Source: Chlamydiota bacterium
GTDB taxonomy: Bacteria > Chlamydiota > Chlamydiia > Chlamydiales > SM23-39
Length of the DNA stretch: 45,545 bases
Reading direction: 5' to 3'
Assembly: GCA_039179045.1 (NCBI GenBank)
Contig: JBCDEZ010000004.1
Coordinates: forward strand, 1-45,545
Part shown: piece after piece, positions 1-9,412 of the stretch
Numbering within the stretch: position 1 is the stretch's first letter
Layout of the letters: the number at the start of each line of letters is the position of its first letter
The notes under the pieces: generated by a model
Seen by the model: the letters and a program-made list of their open reading frames with translations, nothing else
Database searches by the model: none
Told to the model about the DNA's origin: nothing
Program-made: the position numbers and the translations under genes

Positions 1-1
1 A

Positions 2-289
2 GGAGCAAAGGCGTTGATCCCTCCGAGGAAAAACGCTACATGGAGACCTGGAATGAACGAAAGAAATCAAGCCATAGGAGAGCGAAGGGATCTTGGCCTA
101 GATGAGGTGGGCATAAGTCTTTGGGGGAAACTGACGGGATACTCGCGAAGAGCTCCTGTAGAAACAGCATTCTCCAGGATGAAAGGACTCTATGGTCCCA
201 TGTTCTACTCAAAAAAACCAAGCGCTCAAAGAGTAGAAGGTTACTTAAAATGCCTGATGATGAATCAAATGATGCGAACCGAGAGCTAG
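2..289 (+). mobile_element. IS5-family (IS903 group) transposase, C-terminal part, truncated by the window start
   Basis: The frame is open from base 2. GAKALIPPRKNA and GYSRRAPVETAFSRMKGLYG match the IS903-type IPPRKxA and GYHRRSxxETAMxRxK motifs. Confidence 0.85.
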
Positions 290-327
290 AAAATCTTCAA
301 GGATAGTCCTGGTTGGTCTGAAAATTT

Positions 328-345
328 GATTTTTTCAACAAGGCC
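328..345. repeat. Right terminal inverted repeat of the IS903-like element
   Basis: The reverse complement GGCCTTGTTGAAAAAATC matches the recalled IS903 IR GGCTTTGTTGAATAAATC at 16/18. It lies about 40 bp after the transposase stop. Confidence 0.8.
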
Positions 346-346
346 A

Positions 347-447
347 ATTGTATTGAATCTTAATCCTACTCAACGCCATATACTTACGGTATTAGGACCT
401 CCTTTTGAAAAAATATACGAATCCACGTAAAAGGTGCGGAATGTGGG
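347..447 (+). mobile_element. 3' end of an IS1634-family element (transposase C-terminus plus terminus), relic 1
   Basis: 347-430 reads IVLNLNPTQRHILTVLGPPFEKIYEST*, an IS1634-type C-terminus. It is followed by GTGCGGAATGTGGG, which also occurs at 5756-5769. Confidence 0.7.
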
Positions 448-449
448 AC

Positions 450-1664
450 TTACCCAAGAAAAGAGCGAAGAGCTGCTAGCAAAGCATCGAGGTCTTCGAT
501 AGTCGTATAGATCCCCAGAGAAATCCGGCAGCTTGCGGAAAGGGAGAAACGTTCGTGGAAGGGATCGGCGCAATGCCTTCCCGTACGGATAGCAATCTGC
601 CGCGCATCTAAAAGCATGCCGAGATCCATAGGATGCCATTTTGGAGAAGTAAAAAGGAGCGTACCGATCCTCTCCGCTCCCGTCCAAGCATGCATGTCAG
701 GGATCTGGGTGATCTCTCGATCGAGATAGCGCTGCAGCAGCTCCTCTTGTTGTCGGATCTTGGACATCCCATATTCGTTGAGAAAATCGAGCGCGGCGCC
801 TGCACCTACAATTTCGATGATGGGAGGCGTTCCCGCCTCAAAGCGCAAGGGGGGATTTTGCCAGGTTGTGCCCGTAAAACGTACCCGTTGGATCATATCT
901 CCCCCGCCTTGGTAGGGAGGCAAAGACTCCAATACCTCTTTTTTCCCATACAAAATGCCTAGCCCTGTAGGACCATACATTTTGTGTAGGGAAAAGACGT
1001 AGAAATCAGCCTCTAGGTCTTGCATGTTGACAGGCAAATGGGAAGGTCCCTGAGCGCCATCGACGAGCACCAAAGCGCCTGCGCGCTTTGCCTCTTCCAC
1101 GAGTTCTTTTGCAGGATTGATGATGCCTGTTGTGTTGAATACGTGCGCAAAAGCAACGAGACGCGTTCTCGAAGAAAGCAATTGGGTGAAAGCCCTGCGG
1201 TCAAGGGTGCCATCATCTAAAAGAGGTGCTATCCGAAGAGTGGCACCTGTCGCATCGGCAAGAAGCTGCCAGGGGACGATATTAGCGTGGTGCTCTCCTT
1301 CTGTGATGAGAATTTCATCCCCTTTAGCAAAGCGGCTTTGCAGACAGAAACGAACAAGATTGATCCCATCAGTGGTTCCCTTCGTGAAGACAATCTCTTC
1401 TAAATATGCTGCCCCTAGGAAAGCCTGCACTTGCTCACGCACCTGCTCAATGCGTGCTGTCGCCTGCGCAGAGAGGGTATACAAGGCGCGGTGCACCGTC
1501 GCATAGCTTGAGGCTGCAAACGTGCTCATCGCATCGAGGACTGACTGGGGCTTATGCGTCGTAGCTGCCGAGTCGAGATAAATGAGATTGGGATGGTTCG
1601 AGAAGATAGGAAAGCGAGAGCGAATGGAAGCTCGATTTTTTGCATCAGTCGTTTGAGTGGGCAT
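450..1664 (-). CDS. sufS: Cysteine desulfurase SufS
   Basis: YLDSAATTHKP, HHANIVPWQ, DGAQ, HKMYGPTG (PLP lysine), FEAGTP, RTGRHCA. Last gene of the suf operon. Confidence 0.95.
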   Translation of the reverse strand: MPTQTTDAKNRASIRSRFPIFSNHPNLIYLDSAATTHKPQSVLDAMSTFAASSYATVHRALYTLSAQATARIEQVREQVQAFLGAAYLEEIVFTKGTTDGINLVRFCLQSRFAKGDEILITEGEHHANIVPWQLLADATGATLRIAPLLDDGTLDRRAFTQLLSSRTRLVAFAHVFNTTGIINPAKELVEEAKRAGALVLVDGAQGPSHLPVNMQDLEADFYVFSLHKMYGPTGLGILYGKKEVLESLPPYQGGGDMIQRVRFTGTTWQNPPLRFEAGTPPIIEIVGAGAALDFLNEYGMSKIRQQEELLQRYLDREITQIPDMHAWTGAERIGTLLFTSPKWHPMDLGMLLDARQIAIRTGRHCADPFHERFSLSASCRISLGIYTTIEDLDALLAALRSFLG

Positions 1665-2838
1665 GGGATCCTACGAATTTTTCTACGAACCCTTGCCAAG
1701 GCGTCTGGAGCCTTTTTGGGAACGCATCGAGCACCTCGCGGCAAAATGCCTTTGCGAGTAGGCTTTTTGCTTGTCCAAGACTCATGCCACGACTTTGTAA
1801 GTAGAATAGAGCCTCTTCCTCAAAGCTCGCGATTGTAGCTCCATGACTTGCTTTGACATCGTCTGCAAAAATCTCCAAATTGGGCTCTGAACAGACCGAC
1901 GCCTCTTCGGAGAGGAGAAGCGACTGGTGTTGCTGGTACGCCTCTGTTTTTTGCGCTTCCGCGTGGACATAGATCTTACCCGAGAAGTGAGTTTTCGATG
2001 CGTCTGCCCCCAAGGTCTTGATTTGTTGTGAGGAGCGAGCCTCTGGGTGGGCATGCTCGGCTGTAACGGCAAGATGCGCGCGCATCGCGCCTTGGGGCAG
2101 TAAAAGACTGGAAACGGCGGCATGAGCTTCTTTGCCAAACAGCGTGAGATGCACATGCTCCTCGGAGCGTTCTGCCTGCGCGTGGATACTCGTTTTACGC
2201 AATTGCGCTCCTCCCTGTAAAGAGCCGTAGAATGCGCTTGCTATTGTTCCTCCTACCCCATTGTAGGTCATCTGATCGCACCAAGATAAGGTCGACTGCT
2301 TTTCAAGAGAGACGGAAATGTGCTGGCTAAGGCAACCCTCTAGGTTTTTCTCCTTGGAGACAATGCGTGTAGTGACAGAGCAACGAGCCTCTTTTTCGAG
2401 ATAGACTTGCAAGCAGATGGGGCTAAAAAGATGGGAGCGTGTCTGGAGGTAAACTAGGTCGATTTCTACATTTTCTCCTTCTTCTATATGCAAGAGAAGA
2501 GGTGTCTTTGCAGCGCCAACTGCGAAAAGGGCAAAGGGACTTGTCTGCTGCAGCGCTACCTGCATGTGCAGATCAATCAAAGGGGTGTAAAGAGGGTAGG
2601 CCTCTTCAAGAGGAAATACAAGGAGCTCTTCTTCTTTTGCCGCGATCTCACAGGAAAGATGCGGGGCAAAATGCCCATCTACGAATAAGAGCTCGTTTTT
2701 CCGGGCAGTATAGTCCACATGAGGAAGACCCTCTCCGGTGACAGGGTACTTCGAGAGCGCCTTCTTGAAGTGAGGGCTCTTATGTTGCCGCTCGAGAAGA
2801 TCCAAGGCAGATTGCTGGAAAGAAGCAAGAGAGGTCAT
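1645..2838 (-). CDS. sufD: Fe-S cluster assembly protein SufD
   Basis: FSGKIYVHAEAQKT, PNLEIFADDVKASHGAT, LFYLQSRG. Confidence 0.92.
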   Translation of the reverse strand: MTSLASFQQSALDLLERQHKSPHFKKALSKYPVTGEGLPHVDYTARKNELLFVDGHFAPHLSCEIAAKEEELLVFPLEEAYPLYTPLIDLHMQVALQQTSPFALFAVGAAKTPLLLHIEEGENVEIDLVYLQTRSHLFSPICLQVYLEKEARCSVTTRIVSKEKNLEGCLSQHISVSLEKQSTLSWCDQMTYNGVGGTIASAFYGSLQGGAQLRKTSIHAQAERSEEHVHLTLFGKEAHAAVSSLLLPQGAMRAHLAVTAEHAHPEARSSQQIKTLGADASKTHFSGKIYVHAEAQKTEAYQQHQSLLLSEEASVCSEPNLEIFADDVKASHGATIASFEEEALFYLQSRGMSLGQAKSLLAKAFCREVLDAFPKRLQTPWQGFVEKFVGSHAHSND

Positions 2839-3584
2839 AAAGCCTCGAGCTTATAACCGCTCTCTTCGATCTTGGCACAAAGATCGAGAGATCCTGATCG
2901 AACCACTTTGCCCTCCAACATGATGTGCACATGTGTTGGCTGTACAAGAGTCAAAAGACGTGCGTAGTGGGTAATCAAAAGAAGAGAGCAAGAGCTCTTG
3001 CACTCATTGATGTAGTCTGCACTCATCCGAATCGCATCGACATCGAGGCCCGAGTCTGTCTCATCTAAGATCGCGAGCTCGGGACACAAAAGGGCCATTT
3101 GCAAGAGTTCATTTTTCTTCTTTTCTCCTCCAGAAAAACCCTCGTTGAGTCCTCTTTTGCGGAAAGAGGAAGCGATCTGCATCTTCTCCATTTTCTCTTG
3201 TAACAAGGTAGTAAACTCCTCTTTAGACAAAGGTGGTTTTCCCAAGAATTTCCGTTTTTCTTGCACGACTTTCTCGAGGAACTCTTCGTTGCTCACACCA
3301 GGAATGTCTACTGGATACTGGAAGCTGAGAAAAAGACCTGCAAGAGAGCGCTCAGAGGGTTCGAGCGCAAGCAGATCCTTCCCACGGAAGAAAATTCTCC
3401 CGGAAGTGACCTCATAATCGGGGTGTCCGGCAAGCACGTGCGCAAGAGTCGACTTGCCGGCGCCATTTGGTCCCATAATGGCGTGAAGCTCTCCCTCTTC
3501 AATCTTGAGGGAAAACCCGTCTAAGATCGTCTTGCCCATTGTTTGTACAGAGATATGTTGTATATCGAGTAAAGTCATGATCAT
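2835..3584 (-). CDS. sufC: Fe-S cluster assembly ATPase SufC
   Basis: [38 protein letters not shown]. Start moved to the ATG overlapping the sufB stop (ATGA). Confidence 0.95.
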   Translation of the reverse strand: MIMTLLDIQHISVQTMGKTILDGFSLKIEEGELHAIMGPNGAGKSTLAHVLAGHPDYEVTSGRIFFRGKDLLALEPSERSLAGLFLSFQYPVDIPGVSNEEFLEKVVQEKRKFLGKPPLSKEEFTTLLQEKMEKMQIASSFRKRGLNEGFSGGEKKKNELLQMALLCPELAILDETDSGLDVDAIRMSADYINECKSSCSLLLITHYARLLTLVQPTHVHIMLEGKVVRSGSLDLCAKIEESGYKLEAL

Positions 3585-5011
3585 CCCACGGAGTGTTCTA
3601 ATTTGATCGCTAAAAGCTTGGTCGCCTCCGCAGCAAACTCGAGGGGAAGCTCCCGGATTACATCCTGGCAAAAACCGTGGACGATCATCCCGATGGCATC
3701 TTCCCGGGAAATGCCGCGCGATTCTAGGTAAAATATCTGCTCTTCGCTCATTTTCTCGGTCGACGCTTCATGCGCTACGGAAGAAGAGGAGTTGAGGACT
3801 TCAATACGGGGAAAGGTATTCGCAGAACAGCGATTGCCAACAAGCATCGAGTCGCACTGGGTGTAGTTCTTGGATTTTTTTGCTTTGGAGAAAATTTTTA
3901 CCTTACCCCGGTAGCTGTTGTCTGACTCCTCTGCCGAAATACCCTTGGAAATGATTGTAGAAGAGGTGCCTTTGCCCACGTGAATCATCTTTGTGCCCGT
4001 ATCGGCTTGCATCTTGCCATTAGTCAGTGCAACCGAATAAAATTCGCCTACCGAGCCATCACCTTGCAAGATGCAACTGGGGTACTTCCACGTGATGGCA
4101 GCGCCTGCCTCTACTTGCGACCAGGAAATTTTTGAGCGCTCTCCTTTGCAAAGACCTCTTTTTGTGACAAAGTTATAAATGCCTCCTTTGCCGGTTTTTG
4201 GATCGCCTGCGTACCAATTTTGTACGGTAGCATACTTGATCTCTGCTTCTTTTTCTGCAATCAGCTCGACGACCGCTGCATGCAGCTGGTTCGTATCAAA
4301 AGCGGGAGCCGTGCAACCCTCCAAATAGCTCACATACGATCCCTCCTCAGCAATGATGAGAGTACGCTCAAACTGTCCTGTATTTTGCTCATTGATCCGG
4401 AAGTACGTAGAAAGCTCCATAGGAGAGCGCACGCCCTTGGGTACGTAGACGAAAGAGCCATCAGTAAAAACAGCAGAATTGAGTGCAGCGAAGTAGTTGT
4501 CCCCGATCGGCACAACGGTTCCTAAATACTTTTGTAGAAATTCGGGATAGCGCTGAGCCGCTTCCGAAAAAGAGCAGAGCACAACACCTGCTTTTTCCAA
4601 CGTTTTCTTGAAAGTAGTGCCTAAAGAGACCGAGTCGAACACAACATCAACGGCCACATTTGTCAGCCTTTTTTGTTCATCCACAGGAATGCCTAACCGG
4701 TCAAACGTGCGCAATAGCTCGGGGTCGACTTGGTCTAAGGATTCGAGTTGCTGCTTTTTCTTAGGAGCAGAATAGTACGAAATCGCCTGATAATCGATGG
4801 GAGGATACTCCACATTTGCCCAGTGAGGCTCTTGCATCGAGCGCCATTTTTTGTACGCTTTGAGACGAAATTCGGTAAGAAAGGCAGGCTCACACTTTTT
4901 CTCGGAGAGTTGGATTACAATCTCTTCAGAGAGACCTTCGGGGAAAGTATCCGATTCAATAGGGGTCTGAAATCCGTACGGATACTCCTTGCTCGTAAAT
5001 CGTTGTGTCAT
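3581..5011 (-). CDS. sufB: Fe-S cluster assembly protein SufB
   Basis: [40 protein letters not shown]. The ATG at 5011 is preceded by an AGGTGA RBS. Confidence 0.97.
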   Translation of the reverse strand: MTQRFTSKEYPYGFQTPIESDTFPEGLSEEIVIQLSEKKCEPAFLTEFRLKAYKKWRSMQEPHWANVEYPPIDYQAISYYSAPKKKQQLESLDQVDPELLRTFDRLGIPVDEQKRLTNVAVDVVFDSVSLGTTFKKTLEKAGVVLCSFSEAAQRYPEFLQKYLGTVVPIGDNYFAALNSAVFTDGSFVYVPKGVRSPMELSTYFRINEQNTGQFERTLIIAEEGSYVSYLEGCTAPAFDTNQLHAAVVELIAEKEAEIKYATVQNWYAGDPKTGKGGIYNFVTKRGLCKGERSKISWSQVEAGAAITWKYPSCILQGDGSVGEFYSVALTNGKMQADTGTKMIHVGKGTSSTIISKGISAEESDNSYRGKVKIFSKAKKSKNYTQCDSMLVGNRCSANTFPRIEVLNSSSSVAHEASTEKMSEEQIFYLESRGISREDAIGMIVHGFCQDVIRELPLEFAAEATKLLAIKLEHSVG

Positions 5012-5038
5012 AGCCAAATCACCTATGAAAATACTTCT

Positions 5039-5068
5039 ATTCTAAGGCATCTAAAAGATACCTGTCAA
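5039..5068 (-). promoter_or_regulatory. Sigma66/70-type promoter of the suf operon with a palindrome in its spacer
   Basis: TTGACA-18 nt-TAGAAT on the minus strand. The spacer region reads AGGTATCT-TTT-AGATGCCT (7/8 inverted repeat). Confidence 0.65.
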
Positions 5069-5439
5069 TCGATTGCTTAAAGAGGCTAAGCGCATTTCAT
5101 CCTAAGAATGTTTGATCCCGCGGGAAGATATTTCGTCCAATGAGAGCTAGATTTATGAGAAAACTTTTACTGAGCAACCAATTGCCTAGCAGTGTTTACG
5201 AAACCGCAAAAGGGAAAAGCACTCGACCACAATCGAGAAAAAGCGTGGGACCATCCCAGTAAAGACCGCGCTTTGATTCAGATCATCGGCAATATCGAAG
5301 ACCCCCGCAAGCACTCGTGTAATGTTCACCACTCATTGATGAGCATGGCTTGATCACCCTTGATGGGTGTTCTTTGCATAGGGAAAAAATGAGAAGAGAT
5401 TGTCCAACGTCCTGAAGAAATCCAAAGGGGATATTGTAC

Positions 5440-5769
5440 CCAATTCAATGGAAGAATTGGGTATAGCTATTGGGATGGTGAGTGCCTTATGTCTGCTTGC
5501 TATATACGCTCTTCAGAGAGGCAAATGCGCAAAAAACGGAAAGAAACAGGAAAAACGGCATCCAGTTAGACAGGAAAACCAACGCAAAAACCGAGTTTAC
5601 AATGGATTTTCCAAATGTTTGAGGGTATGCATCTGTTACTCAAGAAAAACCCATCCCAAATACACGAGATAATCTTGCGCCTCAATCCTACTCAACGTCC
5701 TACTACTTGCAATACTCCCCCCCGTTTGAAAAAATATACGCGTCAACAGGAAAGAGTGCGGAATGTGGG
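5440..5769 (+). pseudogene. Degraded IS1634-family transposase 3' region plus terminus, relic 2
   Basis: Frameshifted pieces IAIGMVSALCLLAIYALQR, GKPTQKPSLQWIFQMFEG (5573-5626), LRLNPTQR and PPFEKIY, then GTGCGGAATGTGGG. The left boundary is unclear and may extend to about 5100. Confidence 0.75.
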
Positions 5770-6178
5770 TTGAGCAAAAGCGCCTCGCTAAAATGCGAGA
5801 AGAATTCAAAAAAGATCTGTACAGTAATATCTCCTTCTCACCAAGAGCGCTTATTCAAAAATCGTATTTCCCGCAAAAGAATACATTTAGCTTTATCTTA
5901 ATATGCAGAATAAAGTAAAATATGTGCTCAAATGAATTGAGCTGGAAATTTTATACACTTGTTTAGTGGAAATTTCAAAAGACCGAGGTTTGAGTACTTT
6001 TTAACCGAAGTGCTCGAAAAATGAATACTTTTTACCTGGTTTGGGATTCCAACATCAAGGAATTTGCCCCAATTGAATGGATGCTTTATGACGGCCTTTT
6101 CTTGAAAAGACTTTACTAAACAAAAAAATCCCATGGAATGATAATCCATTTTTTAAACAAAAAATTTATGAGACTTAT

Positions 6179-6604
6179 ATGACTACACAAGCAATTCTTC
6201 CAAAAACTCCAGGTATACATTTTGGTTATTTTTTTCCCGAGAAACCCGGGCAGTACAATGCATACGAAGAATCTGTCCACAATGTAACGCTTGTCGCATT
6301 TCACGTGGTAAGTTTCGCTGCTCTCTGCGGCATATTCCCTTTAACGGGGTGGTACATACAAACCGCATTGACTTCCGGTTACATCGCAACCATAGCATAC
6401 AACACCTATACTTTCTTAAATGGCGAGGAGAAAAACCCTTTCAATATGCTGGGAATGATCGTAAGAGCAACTTTCATGACGTACGGCCCTCTTTTGTTGA
6501 TGGCCATTGATTTTGTAGCCACTGTACTTCAGGAACCACAGGGTAGTTTGCAATACGATATTACTCAGACGATGTCTAGCATGTCCTGCCAAAGTACTAT
6601 ATAA
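6179..6604 (+). CDS. Hypothetical membrane protein, possibly Inc-like
   Basis: 141-aa ORF in an AT-rich island with 2-3 hydrophobic segments. No family recognised. Confidence 0.6.
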   Translation: MTTQAILPKTPGIHFGYFFPEKPGQYNAYEESVHNVTLVAFHVVSFAALCGIFPLTGWYIQTALTSGYIATIAYNTYTFLNGEEKNPFNMLGMIVRATFMTYGPLLLMAIDFVATVLQEPQGSLQYDITQTMSSMSCQSTI

Positions 6605-6859
6605 AAGGATGGGATGGAATAAGGCGATCGCAGACAACCGTCGTGCGTCACCAAAATCCGAGTGTCCAGTGTAAGCTTTCAAATGAATGAAAATCGGGCT
6701 GGCCGTATGAGACCTTGAAGAATTTTTCCTAGGAAATTGGTCTCATTCCGTACATAAATATAGCGCGTAGCCAGCCTGTGTTCTTCAATCTTTGTCCCCC
6801 CTATGAAAAAGAGCTTCAGAGCCGACTTAAGCATCTGGTCTTAAGTAATGAGGCTTGGA

Positions 6860-7125
6860 ACAATTTCTTACTTGCGAGATTGGGTTTTTTCAATAAAGAT
6901 GGCGCGGACGTAGGCATTTGGGAAGTCCATTGCAAACTCGGTTTTTGTGGCCCCTCTCCTATTTCTTTCCAGTTCTTGTAGATTTTCCATTACGGAATCG
7001 TATGCGCAAGAAGACAAAGGCACCCCACCGGGCCAAGAAAAATGATCCTACCTTGTTTGTTGAATACGGAAAAGATCGCGAGAGACGCGGACTTCCACGT
7101 ACTGCTTTTTTCTAGCCCATTTGTA
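6860..7125 (-). pseudogene. Degraded IS1634-family transposase fragment, relic 3 (inverted)
   Basis: Minus-strand pieces FSVFNKQGRIIFLGPVGCLCLLAHTI and GPQKPSLQWTSQM (6915-6953) are homologous to relic 2. Boundaries are approximate. Confidence 0.6.
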
Positions 7126-7202
7126 ACGAAAAAATGGTTTTTACAGCAAAAATAACCCCACAATTTTCTATCTCCCAAGAAAAATAGATTTTCTTATACT
7201 CC

Positions 7203-7670
7203 TTATTTACAGGCCGCATTGAGCTGCCTTCGCACTTCAAAAAGGGCAATTGCGCAGGCATTTGCGAGATTGAGGCAACGACATTCCTTCTCCATGGGAA
7301 TCGTCACAAACTGATTGGGAAAGCGATTCCATAGGGATTCGGGTAGCCCCTTCTCCTCATTTCCAAAGATGAGCAAGCTCTCCTTTTCATACGAAATCTC
7401 CGTATAGGAAGTCAGGAGTGCGTGTGAAGTTTTGTGCTTTTTCGATGAGAAAAAAAAGAAAGAAGGAGATTGTTCTAGCTGCTCATCGAGACTCTCAATC
7501 TCTTGAGGAGGTGATTTTCTGGCATAGTCGAGCCCGGCGCGGCGCATCTTGCTGTCGGAAAGGGAGAAATGGGGGCGCAGCAGCAAAAGGGAAGCTCCTA
7601 CTGCAATACAAGTGCGCAAGATATTGCCTGTATTTTGGGGGATCAGCGGCTCGACAAGGATTACCTTCAC
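7203..7670 (-). CDS. trmL: tRNA (cytidine/uridine-34 2'-O)-methyltransferase, SPOUT family
   Basis: PLIPQNTGNILRTC, RRAGLDY, FGNEEKGLP, IPM..RCLNLAN. The GTG start overlaps the aspS stop. Confidence 0.9.
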   Translation of the reverse strand: MKVILVEPLIPQNTGNILRTCIAVGASLLLLRPHFSLSDSKMRRAGLDYARKSPPQEIESLDEQLEQSPSFFFFSSKKHKTSHALLTSYTEISYEKESLLIFGNEEKGLPESLWNRFPNQFVTIPMEKECRCLNLANACAIALFEVRRQLNAACK

Positions 7671-9412
7671 AGTTTGATCCCCAATTCTTGAAGGTGGGCT
7701 TTGTCAGCAGAAGAGGGTGCTTGCAAAAGAAGGTCTGAGGCGTTTTGTGTTTTGGGAAAGGCGATCACCTCTCGGATGTTGTCTGCCTCGCAAAGCACCA
7801 TCATGATCCGATCGAGACCAAGGGCAATTCCCATATGGGGGGGAGTTCCATAGGAAAGAGCACGCAGAAAAAATCCAAACTTTTCTTCGATTTCCTCGCC
7901 AGGCATGCCAAGCAAGGAGAAGATCTCCTCTTGTAGTTCGATCTGATGAATCCTCTCCGAGCCAGAGCCGAGCTCATAACCGTTGAGAACGAGATCGTAG
8001 GCTAAGGAGCGCACTTCCGTGGGGTGCGTCTTGAGAAGCGGTAGATCGTCTGGATGGGGAGCTGTGAAGGGGTGGTGCGCGCTTGCAAGCCCCCCTGCGT
8101 CTTCTTTTGTGAATAGAGGAAAGTCGGTGACCCAAAGAAAAGAGCGCTTTTTGGGGTCTTGAAGTCCCTCTTCTTCTCCTAGTCTTCTCCGTAGACGATC
8201 GAGTGCGGGATACAAAATCTTTTTTGGAGCGATCCCGAAAAGCGCCAAATCTCCCTCTTGCATTCCTAAGGCATTTGCACACTGTTCAAGTGCTGGCGCG
8301 CCGAACAGCTTAGTAGCATTCGAAGAGAGAAGACCCTCTTTTCTTTTGATCCAAGTGAGTTGAGGTAGACCCCATTTTTGCACAGCCTCGATATAGGCGC
8401 TGAGCTCTTTACGCGATTTTTTCGCTCCTTTCGGTAGCACGATTCCTTTAGCAAGGGCATCCATTTTGAAAAAAGGGCGTAGCGGAGGAGCTTCTAGCTT
8501 TTCCACAATCTCGGTCAGGTCGATGAATTGCATGCCAAATCGGGTGTCGGGCTTGTCGGTTCCATATAAGTTCAAGCACTGTTCATGGGACATGCGGGGA
8601 AAAGGGGTCGGAATCTCCGTGCCCTCTACCTCCTGAAAAAGGGAGGACATAAGTGATTCGATCTGTGCAAAGAAGGCCTCTTGGTGGGAAAAGCTGATCT
8701 CGATATCGACCTGGGTGAACTCAGGCTGGCGGTCTCGCCGGAGATCTTCATCTCGAAAGCAGGGTGCGATCTGGAAGTAGCGATCCATACCTGAGATCAT
8801 GAGCATCTGCTTGAAAAGCTGCGGGGATTGGGGAAGAGCGTAGAAATTTTGGGGATGTACACGAGAGGGCACGAGGTAGTCGCGAGCTCCTTCAGGAGTT
8901 GTCTTGCCTAAAATAGGCGTCGTAATCTCAAAAAAACCCCCATGCGAGAGGTGGTTACGAATATGCAACATTGCCTGGTGGCGCAAGAGGAGATTTTTTG
9001 CAATGGCTCCCTTACGAATCTCCAAGAAGCGATACTGCAAACGGAGATCCTCATGAACAGCATCATTGCCAAAGAGCGTGAAAGGAGGCGTTTTTGCCGA
9101 GGATAGGATGCGGAACGAGTCGACCTCTACTTCCACTTCCCCTGTGGCAAGCAGCTTATTGGGAGAGCTCCTTTCTCGGACTGTACCCTCGATGTGCACA
9201 ACCCATTCTAGGCGCACTTTATCTATGATCTCCTGCAAGGCAGGGAATTTTTGTGGATCGAGAAAAAGCTGGGTTTTTCCATATAGATCCCGCAAATCGA
9301 AGAACAAAAATGCGCCTAAATTGCGCCTCCGATGCACCCAACCAAATAGGGACACCCTCTCTTGCACATGTTCTTTTCGTAGTGCGCCGCAGTTGTGCGT
9401 TCGTTCTCGCAT
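7667..9412 (-). CDS. aspS: Aspartate--tRNA ligase
   Basis: RTHNCG, TPEGARDYLVPSR, ALPQSPQLFKQ, CFRDEDLR, YGTPPHMGIALGLDR. ATGA overlap with the hisS stop. Confidence 0.97.
   Translation of the reverse strand: MRERTHNCGALRKEHVQERVSLFGWVHRRRNLGAFLFFDLRDLYGKTQLFLDPQKFPALQEIIDKVRLEWVVHIEGTVRERSSPNKLLATGEVEVEVDSFRILSSAKTPPFTLFGNDAVHEDLRLQYRFLEIRKGAIAKNLLLRHQAMLHIRNHLSHGGFFEITTPILGKTTPEGARDYLVPSRVHPQNFYALPQSPQLFKQMLMISGMDRYFQIAPCFRDEDLRRDRQPEFTQVDIEISFSHQEAFFAQIESLMSSLFQEVEGTEIPTPFPRMSHEQCLNLYGTDKPDTRFGMQFIDLTEIVEKLEAPPLRPFFKMDALAKGIVLPKGAKKSRKELSAYIEAVQKWGLPQLTWIKRKEGLLSSNATKLFGAPALEQCANALGMQEGDLALFGIAPKKILYPALDRLRRRLGEEEGLQDPKKRSFLWVTDFPLFTKEDAGGLASAHHPFTAPHPDDLPLLKTHPTEVRSLAYDLVLNGYELGSGSERIHQIELQEEIFSLLGMPGEEIEEKFGFFLRALSYGTPPHMGIALGLDRIMMVLCEADNIREVIAFPKTQNASDLLLQAPSSADKAHLQELGIKL

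Noticed and set aside
450..1664. SufS motif variant RTGRHCA and no adjacent sufE/sufA
   Set aside because: The catalytic Cys and PLP Lys are retained, and a four-gene suf operon is normal in chlamydiae.
362..5769. The recurring ~85-bp sequence as a CRISPR repeat or novel ncRNA
   Set aside because: The copies are dispersed, have no spacers, and translate to an IS1634 transposase C-terminus.
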